32,000 nucleotides of DNA, from the NCBI RefSeq assembly GCF_001481685.1, contig NZ_CP006867.1, forward strand, positions 270,001 through 302,000, read 5' to 3'. The notes beneath the pieces are model-generated. The model was not told the origin of the DNA, did not search any database, and saw only the letters and a list, made by a program, of their open reading frames with translations. The translations under genes were made by a program, and so were the position numbers. Source of the stretch: Ignicoccus islandicus DSM 13165 (GTDB lineage: Archaea; Thermoproteota; Thermoprotei_A; Sulfolobales; Ignicoccaceae). Shown in pieces: positions 25,579-32,000 of this stretch. Each line of letters starts with the position of its first letter. The first letter of the stretch is position 1.

Positions 25579-26476
25579 CTTAAAGGCGGAAGAAATGTAT
25601 GTAAGGGCAGTCCTCAGCGGAGGAGGTACTCTGGACGAGCGTTCCAAGAAGGCTATAGTAAGAATAATTACAGGCAACGTTTCATTTCTCCAGGAGATGC
25701 TTAAGCTATCGAAAGAGAACATGGAAGCCATCGAAACGGGATACGAGAAAGCCGGATATATGGTCGGATCAATAAATGTGGTCCTCAAGTCAGAGGGCTT
25801 AGTGGGTATAGGTTCTGGCGCTTTTAAGTCAATCTTTGAGGTTGGCCTAAATATCGATCCTATCTTAGGTTTACCCTACTATCCGGGATCTGGGATTAAA
25901 GGCGCAGTGAGATCGTTCATCGAAAGCTTCTTACCTTCGGGGAAAGGAATTGAATACTTGGAGGAGATATTTGGTTCAAGTAGAGCTAATAAGGGTGAGG
26001 AGGTCAGCTCAAGTGATGGTTCGAGTGGAGCCGAAGGCATGATAGTGTTCTCAGATATGTATCCAATAGGTTGCAAGAGTGGTGGGTGCTCGATATATAC
26101 ACCACTAGTAATTACTCCACATTACTTCAAAGGCGGTAAGGTAGTTGATACGGAGTTAGACGTTCAGCCAGTCCCCGTTGTACACATAGGTATATCAAAG
26201 GACTTGGTATTCAAATTAATAATAGCTATTAGGAAGGACTTGAAAGAACGATTAATGAAAAACCTGAAAGGGATATTCGAAATGATCAAGAAAAGCGATG
26301 GAACGACCCCTCTTTTCAAAGGAATTAGAGAAGATCCCTTAATCGCGATAGGTTTGATTACTATATATACTCTAAATATGGGTATCGGAGCGAGATCGGC
26401 TAAAGGCTATAACTTGTTCGAACCGTATTCGGGTCCCCTTGCATTCAAAGTTAGTAAGTACGTTCTAAGGAGGTAA
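25565..26476 (+). CDS. cmr6: Cmr6 (Cas7-family RAMP)
   Basis: GIGSGAFKSIFEVGLNIDPILGLPYYPGSGIKGAVRSF and the C-terminal GIGARSAKGYNLF glycine-rich loop support the call. ATG 25565 is preceded by GGAGG at 25551, whereas the ORF track opens at TTG 25544. It overlaps the cmr5 end by 14 nt. Confidence 0.8.
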   Translation: MERPDLKAEEMYVRAVLSGGGTLDERSKKAIVRIITGNVSFLQEMLKLSKENMEAIETGYEKAGYMVGSINVVLKSEGLVGIGSGAFKSIFEVGLNIDPILGLPYYPGSGIKGAVRSFIESFLPSGKGIEYLEEIFGSSRANKGEEVSSSDGSSGAEGMIVFSDMYPIGCKSGGCSIYTPLVITPHYFKGGKVVDTELDVQPVPVVHIGISKDLVFKLIIAIRKDLKERLMKNLKGIFEMIKKSDGTTPLFKGIREDPLIAIGLITIYTLNMGIGARSAKGYNLFEPYSGPLAFKVSKYVLRR

Positions 26477-26481
26477 TAGGT

Positions 26482-29400
26482 ATGGACTGCAATGGATTAC
26501 TAAAAAAGAAAATTGTTGCATTGCTTCACGATACACCCGAGAAAACGTGGCTAATGTACACTCGCACAAGACACGAAGATTACGCTAAAAATAGAATAAG
26601 AGAGCTTTACGGAGAAGATTACTTAGAATACCTTAGGGATGTAAAAAAGTACGACGTTATCTCCTCTACTATTGATAGATGGGTCATACCATCGCGTACG
26701 ATAATACCTCGAGTCGTCAGGTTACTCAACCCGTTCGATCCAAGCTTTTACTACGAAGTTGATATAGGACAGATTGATAAAGAAAAAGTGAATGAGTATT
26801 GGCGTAGCCTCAGAGAGTGCTTAGGTAAGTTAAGTAACGATAGAGAAAGATACCATGTTCAATACGCACTCATGGAACTGTTATGGTATAAGATAGTGGG
26901 AAGTCCTCTCCCGGCAGATACTAGGTTCCCTACGCATACCGTTTTCGATCACGTTTACTCGACGGCGTCTGTAGTTAATATCTACCACGAAGGGAAGTTC
27001 ACAGGTTTCTTAGTAGAGGTTGATATACCGGGTATTCAAAACTTCGTGAGTGGTGGACGAAGACCCGGAGATTGGTGGATTAGAAGTTGGCTGATTTCCG
27101 CGATAACGTGGTATTTAATAAAGGATCTCGTCTGGGAGTTCGGACCAGATATACTATTGAGCCCGAGCGCTCGGTACAATCCCTTCTATTATTCGACCAT
27201 TTTAGAAAAAATTCCATTTATCAGTAAATGCATCAGTTCAGATAATCTAGATGAGGCAGAGAAGAAATTTGTTAAAAGTCTCATTACGCCCGATCAACCG
27301 TTGATGCCAGCTACGGTGACCTTGTTACTTCCTAAGTGCTCTCTAGAGTTCATATTAAGAGATGTTTCTACCTCAGATACCTATGATGCGATAAGGCAGT
27401 ATTTTAAGCAGTATTTTAAGAAGAGATTGGAAGAGGTATGGAAAAATATAGTTAACGAGCTACAGAGAAGCCTAGATAGAAAGTTGAATGACGATAAAGC
27501 TTGGCAGAATCAATTTGAAGGAGTCAGATATTGCTTAGAAAGTTGTAACGACAGTATAACGTATGAAGACCTCAAGAGAATAATAGAAAGAGCGGAAAAG
27601 CCTCCCTTCGAAATTAGAGTTACAGTCATAGATATAGAAAAAGCCTACGAAGACTTTCGCAATATTTTCAATTCTCAAAAAAGCGAAATTAGGAATAGAA
27701 TAAACCAACGTTTAAATGGAACGAAAAGGAAACTGGAAATAGGGAAAGACGTCTTCCCTTATTCTAAAGACATTGATGATGTAATGAACGATTTAGAAAA
27801 GAAACTATTCTTTCACTGGCTCCTCACTAAAAAATATCCCGAGGAGGTGCATAGAGTAAAGAGTATTAGTATAGACCCATTGCTTCTAGATAGTTGGACG
27901 CTCGAGATCACTAACGCTAGGTATAGTAAGTATAGCGAGAAAACGGCGCTTACGTGCACTTGCGGTAGACCAGCTGCAATCCATAATCCAAGGGACGAAC
28001 CCACCTCAATCCTCAGATCACACGAGGCCCTTTGTCCATACTGCTTCGTCCTAAGATTGCTTCAATATAATACTGACGCTCTAACTCGTCTGGTGCCTTC
28101 CGGAGAAATTAGAGTGCCGAAGATAGTGACCTCCACCTTGGCAGCTCTACCCGAATTGATTGAATGGTTCCTTAACGATAAAGAAGTGATTGAGTTCCTA
28201 GATCAAGAAGGTAATAAAATAGAGGTTAAAGGTGATCAACTACGATATTTGCTATTAGAGACATTGAAGCAACATAATCCTCCGATACGTAGTACTTCGT
28301 TTCCTCACGGTTACAATACTCGCTTTCACTTAAACCTTGAAGAGCTGGTAGATGAACTGCAAAGGATCGATAAGATTACATCACTAATAGTAGTTCCTTC
28401 TAACCTTAAAGACATGCTTTCCAATCCTTCTGAACAACAGTTGTACTTGAAGGTATCGTTAAGTAATAAAACAAGTAAGCATTTACGCGTACTTAACTCC
28501 TTAAATAAGTATATAGTGATGATAAGGGCTGACGCCGATAATATGGGTGATCTCAAAAGAGGTGCATTAGGTTATAGTACTAGAGATTACTTCAACAAGG
28601 TTTTCGAACATCTCAAGATTTACAGTGTTAATGATAAAGATGCAGAACTATACAGTGCGGCAAGTAGTATTATAGAAAGCGTACTGGAAAGGTTTTATGA
28701 AAGTTACCCAAGGGAGGTTTCTAAGGACTCTAAGAAGAATGACGGCTCACAGCAACTCCCTACCACGTTAGTCACGCCAACGTACTTATCCCAGCTTTCT
28801 TATTCGCTGATGATAGAAGCTATACTGGATAAGGAAATAATCGAAAGTAACTATGGCATAGTAATATTCTCTGGAGGAGACGATCTACTAGCCCTCCTTC
28901 CAGCTAGGAGCGTCTTTAGTAAATCTCCTATACCCCCTCTTAGAGATTTGGAATCACTACTCTCTAACGAATTGCTAAACCTAGTAAAGAGGTTCTACTA
29001 CTCTCCAGCGCTCTGGGTTTGGTGGCTAACCAGACTCAATCACTGGGGATTGCTTAAGGGAATAGATGGATTCAGACATACTAAAAGCTTCTTTGCTCCG
29101 GCCTTAGTAGCCTATGGGCGGAGCTACGGGATAGCCGTGAGACATTACCGTGATCCCTTGGCCAAGGTCTTTGAAGACGTGAAAGATCTAGAAGATAAAG
29201 CGAAACATCAGAAAGAAGAGGTCACTAAAGATAAAGTAAAAGATGGAGTAAGCGTAAGCTACGGCCGATTAGGGGCGGAAGGCGTTGCTCTGTCGAATAC
29301 ATTAGGCACGAAGGAGAAGCGCGATTTACGAGAGCGTAACTCCTTGGGTCCTTTCGTGGCTACCTTTGCATCTCTCCATTACCAAGGTTTAAGCAATAAT

Positions 29401-29649
29401 TACTATTACGATATCATAAGAGAATTGCAAAGACACCTAGATCTATATGAGGAGGATCGATACCTTATAAGCGATCCATTCATGGTCCTGCTAAGGTACA
29501 TAATTAAAAGAAATATACGTAACGAAGGAGCGAAATCACAGCCCCCCTTGCTGAACCTTAAAGAGACGTTAGAATTTTTGGAATCAGTGAAAAACGACCT
29601 TTTCGATTTGTTGAAGTTCGGCTTTATGTGGCACAAATCGATGAGGTGA
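26482..29649 (+). CDS. cas10: Cas10/Cmr2 large subunit with HD motif and GGDD cyclase palm
   Basis: 1055 aa. The N-terminal ALLHDTPEK (HD at nt 26527-26532) resembles the LHDPPDK opening of Cmr2. It has a Cys cluster CTCG...CPYC (treble-clef-like). The first palm has IRADADNMGD. GGDD is in FSGGDDLLAL at nt 28873-28884. Confidence 0.9.
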   Translation: MDCNGLLKKKIVALLHDTPEKTWLMYTRTRHEDYAKNRIRELYGEDYLEYLRDVKKYDVISSTIDRWVIPSRTIIPRVVRLLNPFDPSFYYEVDIGQIDKEKVNEYWRSLRECLGKLSNDRERYHVQYALMELLWYKIVGSPLPADTRFPTHTVFDHVYSTASVVNIYHEGKFTGFLVEVDIPGIQNFVSGGRRPGDWWIRSWLISAITWYLIKDLVWEFGPDILLSPSARYNPFYYSTILEKIPFISKCISSDNLDEAEKKFVKSLITPDQPLMPATVTLLLPKCSLEFILRDVSTSDTYDAIRQYFKQYFKKRLEEVWKNIVNELQRSLDRKLNDDKAWQNQFEGVRYCLESCNDSITYEDLKRIIERAEKPPFEIRVTVIDIEKAYEDFRNIFNSQKSEIRNRINQRLNGTKRKLEIGKDVFPYSKDIDDVMNDLEKKLFFHWLLTKKYPEEVHRVKSISIDPLLLDSWTLEITNARYSKYSEKTALTCTCGRPAAIHNPRDEPTSILRSHEALCPYCFVLRLLQYNTDALTRLVPSGEIRVPKIVTSTLAALPELIEWFLNDKEVIEFLDQEGNKIEVKGDQLRYLLLETLKQHNPPIRSTSFPHGYNTRFHLNLEELVDELQRIDKITSLIVVPSNLKDMLSNPSEQQLYLKVSLSNKTSKHLRVLNSLNKYIVMIRADADNMGDLKRGALGYSTRDYFNKVFEHLKIYSVNDKDAELYSAASSIIESVLERFYESYPREVSKDSKKNDGSQQLPTTLVTPTYLSQLSYSLMIEAILDKEIIESNYGIVIFSGGDDLLALLPARSVFSKSPIPPLRDLESLLSNELLNLVKRFYYSPALWVWWLTRLNHWGLLKGIDGFRHTKSFFAPALVAYGRSYGIAVRHYRDPLAKVFEDVKDLEDKAKHQKEEVTKDKVKDGVSVSYGRLGAEGVALSNTLGTKEKRDLRERNSLGPFVATFASLHYQGLSNNYYYDIIRELQRHLDLYEEDRYLISDPFMVLLRYIIKRNIRNEGAKSQPPLLNLKETLEFLESVKNDLFDLLKFGFMWHKSMR

Positions 29650-30716
29650 ATGCGTTGATAGTATTGGAGCCACTTAGCTTTGTAAGTTTCAGAAAGCCTG
29701 GACCTTTCGGTATAACTCAACGAGGACCTCTTTCCACGAGTTCCACCTATTTCATGAAGACGACTACATTAATAGGGGCACTAGCCTATTTAGCTTATAC
29801 CCAGAACGTTGAATGTAGTAATAAGGAAGGTCTCTTTGAAGCAACTAGGGAATGCCTAAGACGATGTTTTAGAGGAAATCTGAGGGGACCCTATGTTGTT
29901 TGTAAGGATCAACCCTCGTTATTCTTCGCTGAAGAAAAGCTGTTGGACTTGAACATCTTGTTCGAAAGGTGGGATGATATTAGAGTGGACCTAGCAATGC
30001 TCCTCAACGGTAAAGTTGTCCTAAAAAGGAAAAAGAAGGGACTAATCGAACATTACTTGAGCGACGAAGAACGAGATTGCATCCCTAAAATCTTCGAGAA
30101 ACACGCTACTGGAAAAACGCGAAGGAAATTAATTTCTCATCAGTTTTCCAATAAGTTGCAGAAGTTTAGCAAGAATAGCGAATTTATCTTTGTCAGAGAA
30201 AGGCTTTACGCTAGGGGCCTCAAGTTCTTTCTCGAAGTTAATGAATTCAACGAGCAGTGTCTCTATGATACGCTAATACCTTTGGGGGGTGACGGGGGTC
30301 TTGCGAAAGTAGAAATCGTAACCGGAAATCCAATAGAAGAAAACCTCAGGAAATTATGGGGCAACGAGTGCTGGGAAACATGTAAGGGGAAGCGATCGGT
30401 AGTAGTAGTGATCTCTCCCTTAATACTAGAATCTAGTTCTAACTCTAAATGTGATTATAAGGATTACAAATGCCACTTCCAAGAGATCCTTGAAGTCGAG
30501 GAAATAGCACCTCTCTACGATAGATATTCTGTTAAGGCATATCCTCTAGGCTGGGACTTAAGGAAGGACCGTCCACGACCATTCGTTCCCACAGTAACTC
30601 CTGGATCCGCTGTAGTTGGAACGCTGAAGAAATCGCCAAGAGACGTCTATTGGGAAGGCGTAGGTCTCTTTAAAGATATCGGTTTTGGAACAGTAATCCC
30701 ATTACCTTTTGACTAA
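29628..30716 (+). CDS. cmr3: Cmr3 (Cas5-family RAMP)
   Basis: The N-terminal LEPLSFVSFRKPGPF resembles the Cmr3 P.dpl.fRdgrPf pattern. It also has PLGGDGG and a C-terminal GFGTVIPLPF. It overlaps the cas10 end by 22 nt; an alternative GTG start is at 29646. Confidence 0.8.
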   Translation: MAQIDEVNALIVLEPLSFVSFRKPGPFGITQRGPLSTSSTYFMKTTTLIGALAYLAYTQNVECSNKEGLFEATRECLRRCFRGNLRGPYVVCKDQPSLFFAEEKLLDLNILFERWDDIRVDLAMLLNGKVVLKRKKKGLIEHYLSDEERDCIPKIFEKHATGKTRRKLISHQFSNKLQKFSKNSEFIFVRERLYARGLKFFLEVNEFNEQCLYDTLIPLGGDGGLAKVEIVTGNPIEENLRKLWGNECWETCKGKRSVVVVISPLILESSSNSKCDYKDYKCHFQEILEVEEIAPLYDRYSVKAYPLGWDLRKDRPRPFVPTVTPGSAVVGTLKKSPRDVYWEGVGLFKDIGFGTVIPLPFD

Positions 30717-30723
30717 TTGCTCC

Positions 30724-30741
30724 CCTCCCACTTCTGGGAGG
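30724..30741 (+). terminator. hairpin CCTCCCA-CTTC-TGGGAGG 8 nt after the cmr3 stop (possible 3' end structure)
   Basis: The 7-bp GC-rich stem was read directly. No adjacent oligo-T tract, so a terminator function is not established. Confidence 0.3.
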
Positions 30742-31221
30742 ATCATCGCATTCTCTCCACTCAACGCTCTACTATACCATTCCTCCTCGCGTCATTTCTT
30801 TCTAACCCCGTATTGAGGGTAGTTACGTCGGAGCCTAAGTTACTTCTAACTCAGTAACATCTGCAAATTACTTTATTCGTATTAATACCATTAAATTAGT
30901 CTTGAAAAACCAACTTACAGAAGCTATATTTAGCGAGCCCTAAACATAGGTATTACAATAGCTAGGTGTTACCAGGAAATTAGGTTCAAAGGATCTAGAT
31001 AATTTAGACAGCTAATCGAGCCTAAATCAAGGTTCGTAATATTAAAATAAGGCCTAATTCGGCACAACCTTCATGACGTGGAAGGGAACGCTTCAAACGA
31101 GTTCGAACTGATTAAGTGAATTGAATTTACTTCCGTACAGGGAGGTAATAAGGGCCTCCAAGGAGATGCAAATGTGATGGTGTACCGGGATAACACCGTT
31201 GATGGTAGAGTTAACGCCCAC

Positions 31222-31246
31222 TTAACTTTCCAGCTTGGAAAGTTAA
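31222..31246. repeat. perfect 11-bp stem / 3-nt loop hairpin TTAACTTTCCA-GCT-TGGAAAGTTAA
   Basis: Each base pair was checked by hand. An upstream AGTTAA at 31209-31214 could pair alternatively with the left arm (31222-31227). Confidence 0.7.
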
Positions 31247-31406
31247 CCTCCGGGATGGTTTGCTAGCGGTAATACGAGGAGATGTAAATGCCGATTGAAT
31301 CCGGGGGACCGGAACGGGTTTAGGATCTGTAAGGAACTGAGGTCTTGATCGATAGCTAGGCACATATTTATTATGAATTTCGGTGCTATAGTAGCTTGGG
31401 GTATAG

Positions 31407-31440
31407 CGCCCAGGTGGCTGCCAAACCTCGCGCCTGGGCG
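31407..31440. repeat. 8-bp inverted repeat CGCCCAGG / CCTGGCGC-type (CGCCCAGG ... CCTGGGCG) with embedded direct repeat GGCTGCCAAA x2; possible 3' structure of the convergent minus-strand gene
   Basis: The arms are at 31407-31414 and 31433-31440. GGCTGCCAAA occurs at 31416-31425 and 31440-31449. The element lies 17-50 nt downstream of the minus-strand stop at 31457. Confidence 0.5.
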
Positions 31441-31456
31441 GCTGCCAAAGCGTATC

Positions 31457-32000
31457 TCAACACGCCCTTCCAATTACCTCACATAGCTCTCCAACAAAGT
31501 TGCTCGTTAAATCGAAGCCCCTTGCGAAAGCTAGCTTCTCCTTAAGGCGCTCATTGCGATGCAATAGGGCGTTCCTATAGCTCCCAGCTAACACGTCTAC
31601 AATAGCGAACGGTAGAGCGTGATGCGACTTCACTTCCATCGCATCTACAACTTTATAACATTGGAAGCGTCTCTTAGGTAGTTCCCTATCGCTTATGCCT
31701 CTCCAAGAGAAGAACTTTTCATCAAACAAGACGAGCGCGTCTTCGATCAACGAGTTACAAAGCTCCGTCTTAACGTTATTAAACACGTAAGGCTTCATGG
31801 TCTTCGATAAGGCCTCTCTTAACGGCTCGGAGAATTCGCCTAAACCCTTCAAGAACTTAGCTATCTCTGCTTTGTTAACGTAATGAATTAAGGCTCTCAT
31901 GGAACTACACGTACGAAGTGAAGTAACTACGTCGAAGAACTTCCCGAGGGCTTCATCTATTGCTTCGTTCACTTCCTTCGTTTCGGTACCCTTAAAGCAC
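31457..32000 (-). CDS. hypothetical protein with an RNxxxH (HEPN-like) motif; 5' end may lie outside the window
   Basis: The ORF track starts at GTG 31972, but the frame stays open to nt 32000. The protein is helical, with SYRNALLHRNE near the C-terminus matching the Rx4-6H HEPN signature. Confidence 0.6.
   Translation of the reverse strand, partial: CFKGTETKEVNEAIDEALGKFFDVVTSLRTCSSMRALIHYVNKAEIAKFLKGLGEFSEPLREALSKTMKPYVFNNVKTELCNSLIEDALVLFDEKFFSWRGISDRELPKRRFQCYKVVDAMEVKSHHALPFAIVDVLAGSYRNALLHRNERLKEKLAFARGFDLTSNFVGELCEVIGRAC

Noticed and set aside
31098-31110. T-loop-like GTTCGAA suggesting a tRNA or tRNA fragment
   Set aside because: The flanking bases do not form a T-stem, and no acceptor or anticodon arms can be drawn.
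31073-31112. C/D box sRNA-like pattern (ATGACG ... CTGA)
   Set aside because: The C box deviates from RUGAUGA, no internal D' and C' boxes or terminal stem could be found, and it is a single weak occurrence.
31162-31290. GGAG-ATG-CAA-ATG-TGA and GGAG-ATG-TAA read as Shine-Dalgarno plus start-stop mini-ORFs
   Set aside because: They are intriguing, but two occurrences of a 13-nt repeat are equally well explained as a duplicated sequence element. Nothing in the sequence shows they are translated. They are kept only as part of the repeat description.
30717-31456. Possible CRISPR array downstream of cmr3 (also checked 17636-17982 and 19076-19410)
   Set aside because: There is no unit of 24-37 nt recurring at regular 60-75 nt spacing. 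The repeats present are short (6-13 nt), irregularly spaced and partly inverted.
31243-31473. 76-aa minus-strand ORF in the non-coding stretch
   Set aside because: Its N-terminal FGSRPGARFGSHLGA repeat is simply the translation of the GGCTGCCAAA direct repeat and inverted repeat. It overlaps the stop region of the neighbouring gene, and no start context or motif supports it.

Overview
The window is densely coded archaeal chromosome, probably from a thermophilic crenarchaeote. That call rests on A/T-rich TATA-type promoters, frequent TTG/GTG starts, archaeal uL15, a CcmE with the CXXXY motif and a crenarchaeal-style cmr gene order. I cannot name the organism. The left ~17.6 kb is mostly housekeeping: tRNA-Leu(GAG), a radical SAM enzyme, a MoxR ATPase, PstS, an FAD-linked oxidase, hisF, uL15 and gatB. 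It also carries a cytochrome c theme, with ccmB and ccmE plus a membrane-anchored cytochrome bearing eight CxxCH motifs. From ~17.7 kb the sequence looks more A/T-rich by eye and holds a type III-B (Cmr) CRISPR effector island. Its order is csx1 (CARF/HEPN), a cmr1-like RAMP gene, then cmr4-cmr5-cmr6-cas10(cmr2)-cmr3. I saw no CRISPR array, cas6 or cas1/cas2 in the window. The most unusual element sits between cmr1 and cmr4. It is a P-loop NTPase ORF followed by a short ORF carrying only the C-terminal motifs of an adenosine deaminase (ESCPTSN and GTDDP). The two ORFs are separated by stops in a pattern suggesting a decayed, or recoded, single ATPase/deaminase accessory gene. Downstream of cmr3 lies ~740 nt with no ORF but many hairpins and short repeats. 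It is followed by a convergent gene with an RNxxxH (HEPN-like) motif that runs off the window. All functional calls come from motifs read by eye in the supplied translations; no searches were run.
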